Assembly: GCA_964509645.1 (NCBI GenBank) | Contig: CAZDXV010000004.1 | Span: forward strand, 1-46,680 | From: an uncultured Candidatus Saccharibacteria bacterium | GTDB taxonomy: Bacteria; Patescibacteriota; Minisyncoccia; Minisyncoccales; GWA2-38-27 | Length of the DNA stretch: 46,680 nucleotides | Direction: 5' to 3' | Part shown: piece by piece, positions 1 through 8,558 of the stretch | Numbering within the stretch: the first letter of the stretch is position 1 | How the letters are laid out: every line of letters starts with the position of its first letter | Position numbers and translations under genes: made by a program | The notes under the pieces: model-generated | Seen by the model: the letters and a program-made list of their open reading frames with translations, nothing else | Database searches by the model: none | What the model was told of the DNA's origin: nothing

Positions 1-83
1 AGAGGATAAAATAGAAGCTAGCGAGGTATTTTATATTTCACAATAATTAGCTAGTTTTTAAAATTATAAAAACCCTATTTGGG

Positions 84-112
84 TTGACAAATATATAATA
101 TTATGCTAATAT
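84..112 (+). promoter_or_regulatory. sigma70 promoter for PEP-CTERM gene
   Basis: TTGACA (84-89), 17 nt, TGcTAATAT (-10 at 107-112). Confidence 0.7.
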
Positions 113-244
113 AGCAAACTGAGTACGTTAAAAACAAGGGATATTAAAAGATAAGAAAGGAGACAGAGTGAGAACAACCTGATAGACAACAGTAGAGATG
201 CTGGATGAGGTGAAACAAGAGAGAGGGGTAAGAAAGGGAGAAAG

Positions 245-919
245 ATGAAACAGGTAACGATGATTGCAATGATGTTGGCTTTTTCGAGCACTCTTTTTGG
301 TGCCGGTCCCATCCTGGATACGCCCTCAAACGTTTTCATGGGGGATAACGTGCATCTTCAGGATGTGGAGTTTGGCTGGTGGACTACCACCAACGACAAA
401 AAAGCGGAAGCGTCTATTTACCTGAACCTTGAACACCATAAGGTTCAGACTACTGGCTGGTCTTTTTACGCCAGGAATCACGATCCCAGTCAATGGTTCG
501 CTAGCTTCAATGCGAGCGGAGTGTTGCTGGATGAAGGCGAGGAACCCATTTTCTTTTCGAAAAACCAGGAAAGCTGGATCGAAAGGGGGCCTCTATTTCT
601 TACTACCAGCAACGCTGTTCACAGAACAACTTTCGGCGAGCCGGGGGATTTTCATGATTACCAAACCATTCGAGGACGATTGTCTCTGGAGCCGGCAGCG
701 ATCGATTCCGCCCAGTTCGATTATCGCGAGTACAAGGATTCTTTCGGCCAGCCGGAAACGAGGTGGCACGGTAATTTTCACATCGAAGGGAGGTTCCTTG
801 CCGACAGCCACAAAGAAGCCCAGGCTTTGGGGTCTCAGTTTGTTACCCCCGAGCCGGCTACCCTCTGCCTTCTGGGTCTGGGTGTTGCCGGAGTGATTCT
901 TCGGCGGCGCAAGACCTGA
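245..919 (+). CDS. PEP-CTERM sorting domain-containing exported protein
   Basis: N-terminal signal peptide; C-terminus TPEPATLCLLGLGVAGVILRRRKT (PEP, TM helix, basic tail); visibly GC-richer than flanks. Confidence 0.85.
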   Translation: MKQVTMIAMMLAFSSTLFGAGPILDTPSNVFMGDNVHLQDVEFGWWTTTNDKKAEASIYLNLEHHKVQTTGWSFYARNHDPSQWFASFNASGVLLDEGEEPIFFSKNQESWIERGPLFLTTSNAVHRTTFGEPGDFHDYQTIRGRLSLEPAAIDSAQFDYREYKDSFGQPETRWHGNFHIEGRFLADSHKEAQALGSQFVTPEPATLCLLGLGVAGVILRRRKT

Positions 920-924
920 AACTC

Positions 925-957
925 AAGGCCCTTCGGTTTACGCCGAGGGGCTTTTTT
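925..957 (+). terminator. intrinsic terminator
   Basis: gcccttcgg-tttacg-ccgaggggc followed by T6. Confidence 0.8.
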
Positions 958-970
958 ATGCTTTAGTTTC

Positions 971-999
971 TTGACAAGAACTCCCTAAATTGATATTCT
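971..999 (+). promoter_or_regulatory. sigma70 promoter
   Basis: TTGACA (971-976), 17 nt, TGaTATTCT. Confidence 0.55.
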
Positions 1000-1045
1000 A
1001 GGATAAAGGTTATGAGAATTAACGAGATAGTTAAAACAATATATT

Positions 1046-2575
1046 ATGAAAAAATATTATAAACTCTTTTATGCTTTCTTTGCTGTAATGTTAGTTATTT
1101 TTTTGCTTTTAGGCCCTGCCTTTTTTCAGGCAGAGGAATCTTCTATAGCTAAAGCAGTTTCTTTAGAAAAATTGCAGGTTTTAATCACAGATATTCAAAA
1201 TCGGCTTTCCAATCTTGAAAATCAAATAAACAGAGAAAACGAAGAGCCATTGTTGCGATGTCATGATTTTAATGTTAATTTAAGATACGGAATGAGAGGA
1301 TCAGAAGTAAGATCTTTACAGACAGCTTTAAAAAAAGAAGGATTTTACAATAGATCAGTTACAGGTTATTTCGATGAGTACACCGCTTCAGCAGTAGTTG
1401 GTTTTCAGGAAAAATATGCTTCAGATATTTTAGCTTCTTGGGGTTTAACGCATGGAACAGGTTATGTGGGCTCTACTACTATTACCAAACTAAACGATCT
1501 TTATAAGTGTGAAGAGGAAGAACCAAAAGAGGAGGATTGCCATACCTCTGATTTATGGAGTTGGAAGTACTGTACTTCAGACTGTAAGTGTAATGCCGGA
1601 GAAGGGGATTGTGATTCAAATGATGATTGTACTACAGGATACTGTGCCTATAATGTAGGAAAGGATTATGGGCAAAACAGCAAGATGGATGTTTGTCAAG
1701 AGAAAGAGGAAGAAGAAAAAACTATAGAGGTGATTTCTCCCAATGGAGGAGAAGAATGGGAAAGAGGTTCTGTTCAGAAGATAATTTGGAATTATGAGCC
1801 ACTACCTCCCGATGAATTCAAAATCAGTTTAGTAAATGTTAATAACGACACAATTGTTACGGATTTGAAAAATTGCGGTACAGCCGGTCTTTATCAAGAC
1901 AGTAGCCAACCCACAAAATTTTGGTGGAACTGGGAAGTAGGAGAGAATGCCGAAGGAAAGACGATTCCAGCAGTGGGTTCTTATAGGATAATGGTTACTG
2001 ATTGCGAAGAAACAAAGGACTTTAGTGACACATCATTTACCATGGTTAATCCGGTTCAGAAATCAATCACTGTTGTTTCTCCCAACGGAGGAGAGGAATG
2101 GGAAAAGGGAAAAACATATGTAGTCGATTGGGAATCAATAGGAGCTGATGATATAGAAGTTATATCTCTGATTGACTACAGCGATTTCTCAAATCCAACC
2201 GGATATCATCTTGCCTACCACCACTCTACGGAACTTTTATATTCCTGGACAATTTCTGATTCATTTGAAGTAGGAAGTAAATACAAAATTGAAGTAGTTG
2301 CCTCTTCAGGCGATACTATTTTTTCCGATGAAAGTGATGGCTATTTCAGCATTGTTGGAAGTTTTGATTGTAATGACGCAGATATTTCTAGTTCAGCCTC
2401 AGGAGTTTCTGACGGAACAGTTAATGTTTATGATTTATTAAAAGTTCGTCAATGTGTTGGCGAGGACGTTTCTGGAGATTGTGAAATTGCTGATATTAAC
2501 AATGACGGGGTAATTAATGAAGATGACGCAGATATTATTAGAGAATTTTACTTGCAGGAATGTATTGTAAAATAA
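1046..2575 (+). CDS. secreted multidomain surface protein: peptidoglycan-binding domain, Cys-rich module, two Kre9/GPI-anchored-like Ig repeats, C-terminal dockerin-like domain
   Basis: NLRYGMRGSEVRSLQTAL...GYFDEYTASAVVGFQ (PG_binding_1); two I(E/T)V(I/V)SPNGGEEW repeats; DGTVNVYDL...ADINNDGVINEDD dockerin pattern. Confidence 0.8.
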   Translation: MKKYYKLFYAFFAVMLVIFLLLGPAFFQAEESSIAKAVSLEKLQVLITDIQNRLSNLENQINRENEEPLLRCHDFNVNLRYGMRGSEVRSLQTALKKEGFYNRSVTGYFDEYTASAVVGFQEKYASDILASWGLTHGTGYVGSTTITKLNDLYKCEEEEPKEEDCHTSDLWSWKYCTSDCKCNAGEGDCDSNDDCTTGYCAYNVGKDYGQNSKMDVCQEKEEEEKTIEVISPNGGEEWERGSVQKIIWNYEPLPPDEFKISLVNVNNDTIVTDLKNCGTAGLYQDSSQPTKFWWNWEVGENAEGKTIPAVGSYRIMVTDCEETKDFSDTSFTMVNPVQKSITVVSPNGGEEWEKGKTYVVDWESIGADDIEVISLIDYSDFSNPTGYHLAYHHSTELLYSWTISDSFEVGSKYKIEVVASSGDTIFSDESDGYFSIVGSFDCNDADISSSASGVSDGTVNVYDLLKVRQCVGEDVSGDCEIADINNDGVINEDDADIIREFYLQECIVK

Positions 2576-2690
2576 AAATCCATTACAGTAACTTTTCTTA
2601 ATGGAGGAGAAAGTTGAATAGCCGGAGAAGATTACGATATTACCTGAGATTTTTAAAAAGTAGAAGAAGTAATGATTGAGCTGATTATCA
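2576..2690 (+). pseudogene. decayed third Ig-like repeat, in frame after the stop of the 1046-2575 gene
   Basis: translates KSITVTFLNGGES*IAGEDYDIT*DF*KVEEVMIELI, versus intact KSITVVSPNGGEEWEKGKTYVVDW. Confidence 0.75.
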
Positions 2691-2770
2691 TTTTTTGAGT
2701 GTCGGTTACAGGAAAGAATAAAAAGTGCTTTGGTCTTTCCGAATAGATTTATTGTTTAGCTGGTTTTTTA

Positions 2771-2804
2771 AAAAGCCCCTCGGTTTAAACCGAGGGGCTT
2801 TTTT
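2771..2804 (+). terminator. intrinsic terminator, near copy of the one at 925
   Basis: aaaagcccctcggttt/aaaccgaggggctttt palindrome ending in a T run. Confidence 0.75.
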
Positions 2805-2843
2805 ATGCTTAATTTTAGCTTTCATTTCTGCTATACTGAAAGT

Positions 2844-3614
2844 ATGATAGGCGTATTTGACTCTGGGGTAGGAGGACTTACTGTTGTTTCCGAGATTAAA
2901 AAGCTTCTTCCAGAGCAGAAAATAATATACTTTGGCGATACAGCTCATCTTCCTTACGGGACAAAAGGGGAGAGGTTTGTAAGGGAAAGCTCTGAAAAGA
3001 TAACAAAGTGGCTTTTAGGCAAGGGAGCTGATGTTATTGTTGTGGCCTGCAACACTTCTTCTGCCTGGGCTTCTGATTACCTTAAAGAGAAGTTTCCTAA
3101 AACTCCTATTTTTGAAATGATAACTCCTGCAATAAAAGATATGGATCCTTTTAAAAAGATAGGGGTTATAGGGACTCCGGGAACTGTTGAAAGCCAAGTC
3201 TACAACAAAAAACTCTTTGTCGGGGGTTTAGATCCTGAGGTTTTTTCTGTATCGTGCCCCTTATTTGTTCCTTTGGCAGAAGAGGGTTGGCTGGAAGGAA
3301 GAGTAACAGAAGAGATAGCGGAAAGATATTTGAAACCTCTAAAAGATAAAGAAATTGAGGCTTTGGTTTTAGCCTGTACCCATTATCCCTTATTAAAAAA
3401 TGTTATTAAAAGAATATCCGGAAAAAGGATTAAAATAGTGAATCCAGCTGAAAGTTTAGCTAAGGAATTAGCTTCTTTTTTAAAGAAAAATCCTGTTTCT
3501 AAAGACAAAGGAAAAAGTAAGTATTATTTTACAGACAATCCCTATAATTGCGAGAAGATAAGCAGGCTTTGTCTGGGTAATAAGATAAAACCTATTTTGA
3601 TAAAGCCTTTATGA
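2844..3614 (+). CDS. murI: glutamate racemase
   Basis: IGVFDSGVGG, VACNTSS, LACTHYP; start moved to ATG 2844. Confidence 0.95.
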   Translation: MIGVFDSGVGGLTVVSEIKKLLPEQKIIYFGDTAHLPYGTKGERFVRESSEKITKWLLGKGADVIVVACNTSSAWASDYLKEKFPKTPIFEMITPAIKDMDPFKKIGVIGTPGTVESQVYNKKLFVGGLDPEVFSVSCPLFVPLAEEGWLEGRVTEEIAERYLKPLKDKEIEALVLACTHYPLLKNVIKRISGKRIKIVNPAESLAKELASFLKKNPVSKDKGKSKYYFTDNPYNCEKISRLCLGNKIKPILIKPL

Positions 3615-4960
3615 AAGATTTTAAAGAAAAAAAAATAACTGTAATGGGGCTGGGTCTTCATGGAGGAGGCGTTGGAACAGCAAAATTTTTTTGCAATATG
3701 GGAGCTGATGTTTTAGTTACAGATCTAAAAAAAGAAGAGGAGCTTAAAGAATCTTTGGAAAAACTAGAAGGTCTGGATATTTCTTTTGTTTTAGGAGAGC
3801 ACAGAGAAGAAGATTTTATCAATGCAGATTTGATTATCAGAAATCCTGATGTCCCTTGGGATTCTTTTTTTATTAAAAAAGCTAAAGAGCGGGGTATTCC
3901 TATCAAGACAGATATAGAGATTTTCTTTGATTTATTTAAAGGAAAAATTATAGGGATAACAGGGACTAAAGGAAAATCTACTGTGGCTACTCTTGTTTAT
4001 CTTTTTTTAAAAAAAAGATATTCAGTTGTCTTGGGAGGGAATATAGGAGTTTCTCCTTTAGAGCTTCTTTTAAAAAATAAAGAAGCTAAGATAGCTGTTT
4101 TGGAACTTTCAAGCTTTGAATTGGAGGGATTAAAAAGAAGCCCTGAAACTGCAGTTTTTACTAATATGCTAAAGGATCATTTAAAAAGACATGGAAGTTT
4201 TGATAAATATGTTGAAGCCAAAAAAGAGATTTTTCTTAACCAAAAAGAAAAAAACAATTTAATTTTAAATTATGATGATAAAAAAGTGAGAAGTTTTGCT
4301 AAAGAAGCCGTATCAGAAGTTTATTTCTTTTCAACAAAAAACATTATCAAAGGTTCTTTTCTGAAAGAAGGCAAAATATATTTTAAAAAAGAAGAAGTTT
4401 GCTCCTTAGAAAATATTAAATTAAAAGGGAATCATAATCTTTCTAATGTCTTAGCTTCTGTAGCAGCGGCTAAAATATACAGTGTTTCTTCTAAAGATAT
4501 TAGAAAGGTTTTAATGGATTTTGAAGGCGTTCCTTTTCGCCAGCAGTTTATAACAGAGGTTAACGGAAAAAATTACTACAATGATACTACAGCTACGATA
4601 CCAGATGCTGTTATTGAAGCTCTTAAATCCTTTTCAGGAGATATTGTTTTGATAGCCGGAGGAGTTGATAAAGGATCAGAGTATAAAGATCTAGCCAAAA
4701 AGATAAAAGATAAAGTTTCTTCTTTAGTTCTTCTTCCTGGAACTGCCTCAGATAAGCTTAAGAAGGAATTGGAGAGAATAGGATTTGAAAATATATTTTT
4801 AGCGGAAAATATGAAAGAAGCTGTTAAAAAAAGCTCTTCTTTAAAAGGGAACATTGTCTTACTTTCTCCTGGGGGTTCAAGTTTTAATCTTTTTAAGAAT
4901 GAATTTGACAGGGGAAAGAAATTTAACAAAGAAGTTGAAAATTTAAAAAATGAAAAATAG
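3611..4960 (+). CDS. murD: UDP-N-acetylmuramoyl-L-alanine--D-glutamate ligase
   Basis: GITGTKGKST, LELSSFEL, DHLKRH, YYNDT, LLSPG..SF..F. Confidence 0.95.
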   Translation: MKDFKEKKITVMGLGLHGGGVGTAKFFCNMGADVLVTDLKKEEELKESLEKLEGLDISFVLGEHREEDFINADLIIRNPDVPWDSFFIKKAKERGIPIKTDIEIFFDLFKGKIIGITGTKGKSTVATLVYLFLKKRYSVVLGGNIGVSPLELLLKNKEAKIAVLELSSFELEGLKRSPETAVFTNMLKDHLKRHGSFDKYVEAKKEIFLNQKEKNNLILNYDDKKVRSFAKEAVSEVYFFSTKNIIKGSFLKEGKIYFKKEEVCSLENIKLKGNHNLSNVLASVAAAKIYSVSSKDIRKVLMDFEGVPFRQQFITEVNGKNYYNDTTATIPDAVIEALKSFSGDIVLIAGGVDKGSEYKDLAKKIKDKVSSLVLLPGTASDKLKKELERIGFENIFLAENMKEAVKKSSSLKGNIVLLSPGGSSFNLFKNEFDRGKKFNKEVENLKNEK

Positions 4961-6053
4961 AACAGATCGTTTCTTTTTAGGAATATCTATTTTCTTAATT
5001 TTAACCGGAATAGCCATTCTAGCCAGTGTTTCAGCTATTCTTTCTCAAGAGAGAACAGGAGAACCGACTTACTATCTTTTTCACCAGCTTTTATACGGTT
5101 TTTTAGCGGGAGGAATATTAGGAATTGCAGCTTTTAAAATCCCTCTAGATTTTTTAAAGAAGAAAAGCTTGTTTTTTGTTTTAGGAGCTTTAATATTAAT
5201 GATTCTTGTCTTTATTCCCCAGACAAGCATGAGGGCGGGAGGAGCTCCTAGATGGGTTAATCTTGGTTTTATTACTTTTCAGCCGTCGGAGTTTTTAAAG
5301 CTTGCTTTTATTATATACCTTGCCGGATGGCTTGAAACAAGGACAAAGCCCAAAAGAGAAAAAAGAAACTTAAAATTTACTTTGCTTCCTTTTTTGGTTA
5401 TCTTGGGCCTTTTAACTTTGTTTCTTATCATGCAGTCGGACTTGAGCACTTTAGGAGTTGTTTTTATTGTAGCTTTGCTTATGTATTTTTCTTCGGGTAC
5501 TCCTTTGTGGCATAGCATATTAATATTTCTTTTGGGAGCCGGCGGATTGGTTTTTGCTATAAAGATGGTTCCTTATAGAATGAGAAGATTTCTTGTTTTT
5601 CTCAATCCTAACTTGGATCCTATGGGAATGGGATACCAGATAAAACAGGCCTTAATAGCTGTAGGTTCTGGAGGGATATTCGGAGTGGGTCTGGGAATGT
5701 CTCTTCAAAAATTCGGCTATCTTCCCCAGTCTATGTCAGATTCAATTTTCGCTATTTTTGCAGAGGAAACAGGACTTCTCGGTTCCTCTTTATTGATTGT
5801 GCTGTTTCTTGTTTTTTTATGGAGAGGATTAGAGATAGCCAAAAATTCCAAAGATAAATTTTCCAAGCTTGCTGTTTTGGGGATAACTTCCTGGATATGC
5901 ATTCAGGCCTTTATTAATATCGGAGCTATGATAGGAGTACTTCCTTTGACCGGGATACCTCTTCCTTTTGTAAGTTATGGGGGATCTCATATTGTAGTTG
6001 AAATGATAGGCATAGGGATTATACTCAACATTTCTAAATCAAAGAAAAAATGA
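4950..6053 (+). CDS. ftsW: SEDS peptidoglycan polymerase FtsW
   Basis: RW, FQPSEFLK, GYQIKQA, SDSIFA, TGIPLPFVSYGGS; lies between murD and murG. Confidence 0.92.
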   Translation: MKNRTDRFFLGISIFLILTGIAILASVSAILSQERTGEPTYYLFHQLLYGFLAGGILGIAAFKIPLDFLKKKSLFFVLGALILMILVFIPQTSMRAGGAPRWVNLGFITFQPSEFLKLAFIIYLAGWLETRTKPKREKRNLKFTLLPFLVILGLLTLFLIMQSDLSTLGVVFIVALLMYFSSGTPLWHSILIFLLGAGGLVFAIKMVPYRMRRFLVFLNPNLDPMGMGYQIKQALIAVGSGGIFGVGLGMSLQKFGYLPQSMSDSIFAIFAEETGLLGSSLLIVLFLVFLWRGLEIAKNSKDKFSKLAVLGITSWICIQAFINIGAMIGVLPLTGIPLPFVSYGGSHIVVEMIGIGIILNISKSKKK

Positions 6054-6067
6054 TAAAATAGTTTAAT

Positions 6068-7189
6068 ATGAAGATTGTTTTAACAGGCGGGGGAACCGCA
6101 GGCCATATTCTTCCCTTGATTTCAATAGTCAGGGAGATTAAAAAAAACCATTCCGAAAAGAATATTGATTTTTACTATATCGGTCCTAAAGATGATTTTG
6201 CCTTAACCCTTCTTTCTCGGGAGGGTGTTGAGGTAAAAACAATATTTGCGGGCAAGATAAGAAGGTATTTTTCTTTTAAAAATGTAACAGATCTTTTGAT
6301 TAAAATACCTTTGGGGATTCTGCAATCCTTTTTCCATATTTTTGCAATCTCTCCCGATTTAATTTTTAGCAAAGGGGGGTACGGCTCCATACCTGTTATA
6401 CTCGCAGGAAAGATTCTTTTTGCCCCCATATTTTTGCATGAATCGGATATAGCTCCGGGTTTAGCTAACAGAGTTGCGGGAAGAATGGCCCTGGAGATAT
6501 TTACAGCTTTTCCAGTAGAAAAAACAGGAGATTTTCCTACCGAGAAAATGTTTTCTGTCGGAAACCCTATAAGAAAAGATCTTTTGGAAAAGTGCGGCTA
6601 CGATACGGCTAAAAGAGTTTTCAATCTTAAAGGAGAAAAACCTATTATCCTTGTTTTGGGGGGATCTCAGGGAGCTCAAAGGATTAACGATAAGATATTA
6701 GTCGTTCTTTCAAAGCTTTTAAAGGATTTCGAAATTATCCATCAAACAGGGGACAGAAATTTCGAGCAGGTAAAAGCCGAAGCGGAAGTAGTGACAGATA
6801 AAGATGCGATAAAAGATTATCATCCTTTCCCTTTCTTAAACGAAAAAGAGCTTGCCTGCGCCTATCAGAGTTCAGACCTTGTAATATCAAGAGCTGGAGC
6901 CGGTACTATTTTTGAGCTGGCAGCTTTAGGAAAACCAAGTATTCTAGTGCCTCTAGAAGAATCAGCTCAAAATCATCAGGTAAGAAACGCTTATGCTTTT
7001 GCGGAAAAAGGTTCCGCTGTAGTTATGGAAGAAGAGAATTTTACTCCCCACTTTCTCTTGGAGAAAATAAGAAATCTTTTTTCCTCTAAAACAAAGCTTA
7101 AGAAAATGTCTGAAATAGCCAGAGATTTTTCAAAACCTGACGCTTCAACTATAATAGCTGAGTATATAGTAAGTTATCTGACTCAATAA
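6068..7189 (+). CDS. murG: undecaprenyldiphospho-muramoylpentapeptide N-acetylglucosaminyltransferase
   Basis: GGGTAGH, KGGYGS, GNPIR, GGSQGA, SRAGA, HQVRNA. Confidence 0.95.
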   Translation: MKIVLTGGGTAGHILPLISIVREIKKNHSEKNIDFYYIGPKDDFALTLLSREGVEVKTIFAGKIRRYFSFKNVTDLLIKIPLGILQSFFHIFAISPDLIFSKGGYGSIPVILAGKILFAPIFLHESDIAPGLANRVAGRMALEIFTAFPVEKTGDFPTEKMFSVGNPIRKDLLEKCGYDTAKRVFNLKGEKPIILVLGGSQGAQRINDKILVVLSKLLKDFEIIHQTGDRNFEQVKAEAEVVTDKDAIKDYHPFPFLNEKELACAYQSSDLVISRAGAGTIFELAALGKPSILVPLEESAQNHQVRNAYAFAEKGSAVVMEEENFTPHFLLEKIRNLFSSKTKLKKMSEIARDFSKPDASTIIAEYIVSYLTQ

Positions 7190-7202
7190 TTAATTTTTCT
7201 CG

Positions 7203-8168
7203 ATGAGGTATGCATTAATTTTAATTTTAATTATAATTATCGGGTTTTTAATTCTGCAGTTTTTTCCTTCTAGGGGTTTTATCGTTGAAAAAGAAAATCC
7301 ACCATTTGAAATAGAAAAAGAGAAAACCCTTCTTTTTGTAGGTGATATAATGTTAGACAGGGGAGTGGAGCTTAAAGTTAAAAGAGAAGGCGAAGGAGAT
7401 TTTAAATTTGTTTTTTCTAAAATAGCAGATGAATTAAGAAAAGCAGATCTTCTTTTCGGGAACCTAGAAAGCGTTATTTCAGATAAAGGAAAGAACGTAG
7501 GAAGCAAATATTCTTTCAGGGCAGATCCTGCAGCTATAGAAGCTTTAGAATACGCAGGCTTTGATATTGTTTCTTTGGCTCACAACCATGCCTTAGATTA
7601 TACCAGTAAAGCTTTAGAAGATTGTCTTTTAAGGTTAAAAGAGAAAGATATTGATTACGTCGGAGCGGGAATTAACGAGAAAGAGGCCTTCTCCCCTAAG
7701 ATTAGGAAAATAAATGATTTAAATATAGGTTTTCTTGCTTTTACCGACTTAGGCCCGAAAGGCTGGAGGGCAAGAGAAGACAGCGCGGGCATTGCCTGGA
7801 CAGAAGAAGCTCCTTTAAAAGTTATAAAAGAGGCAAAAGAAAAAGCAGATCTTTTAGTGGTCTCTTTTCATTCAGGGGGAGAATATATATTAGAGCCGGA
7901 AGAATCTAAAAAAGACCTTTTCCAAAATATTATTGAAGCCGGAGCAGATCTTGTTATAGGCCATCATCCTCATGTAGTACAGCCCGTCGAGAAGCACAGA
8001 GAAGGATGGATAGCATACAGCCTGGGAAACTTTGTATTTGATCAGAGCTTTTTAGAAGAAACAATGAAAGGGCTTTTGTTGGAGGTTATTGTAAAAAACA
8101 AGAAAATTAAAGAAGTTAATTCTAAAGAAATTTTAATCTCAGAAAGCTTTCAGCCTTATTTCAAGTAA
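7203..8168 (+). CDS. CapA-family (PGA_cap) metallophosphoesterase-fold protein with N-terminal anchor
   Basis: GDIMLDR, GNLE, HNHALDY, GHHPHVVQ, YSLGNFVFDQ. Confidence 0.85.
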   Translation: MRYALILILIIIIGFLILQFFPSRGFIVEKENPPFEIEKEKTLLFVGDIMLDRGVELKVKREGEGDFKFVFSKIADELRKADLLFGNLESVISDKGKNVGSKYSFRADPAAIEALEYAGFDIVSLAHNHALDYTSKALEDCLLRLKEKDIDYVGAGINEKEAFSPKIRKINDLNIGFLAFTDLGPKGWRAREDSAGIAWTEEAPLKVIKEAKEKADLLVVSFHSGGEYILEPEESKKDLFQNIIEAGADLVIGHHPHVVQPVEKHREGWIAYSLGNFVFDQSFLEETMKGLLLEVIVKNKKIKEVNSKEILISESFQPYFK

Positions 8169-8202
8169 AAAAAGGGCGCGATCTGGTTTTCCAAATCGCG
8201 CC
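8167..8202. terminator. terminator-like hairpin (U-tract on minus strand)
   Basis: ggcgcgat...atcgcgcc preceded by an A run. Confidence 0.55.
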
Positions 8203-8300
8203 GTTGAAGCCCTCAATCGAAGCGATTGAGGGCTTCCCCAGGGCCTCTGCCCCTGTTGTAGTTGGATCCTCGGTTCCAACTCCAGCTTTGGCGGGAGTGA

Positions 8301-8512
8301 CGGGAAGGAAACGGATACTGCTCAACCATTGAAGTTGCGCAGAAGAAGCTTGACGATTGGGAATATACTTGGAACTTTATCAGACCGCACGAGGCGCTGG
8401 GGTATCTGACACCAGATGAATATTCAAACAAATACAAAGTCGAGATTTTACCAACTAAAAATGTTATTGTTTTACAGGCCTAGGGTGGATACTATCTATC
8501 TGAACCTAGACA
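8301..8512 (+). mobile_element. IS481/IS3-like transposase C-terminal remnant with putative right end
   Basis: frame 8301-8483 encodes ...KLDDWEYTWNFIRPHEALGYLTPDEY..., the integrase-core C-terminal motif; no start codon or DDE N-terminal part; downstream sequence ends in ACA at 8512 as IS481 ends do. Confidence 0.7.
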
Positions 8513-8558
8513 TAGCTTTATTGTCTTCTTTAAGAAAATAGGATAAAATGAAAAAATC

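Noticed and set aside
2576-2650. TGA recoding (Trp or Gly)
   Set aside because: Conserved genes contain no internal TGA and ftsW and dnaK terminate with TGA; the segment also contains TAA
925-2810. Repeated hairpins as integron attC sites
   Set aside because: No RYYYAAC/GTTRRRY boxes or extrahelical bases; they have terminator U-tracts
8240-8300. Shared 7-8-mers (CGCCAAAG, GCCCTGG) with the 32.5-kb orphan RNA
   Set aside because: Too short and differently spaced to exclude chance
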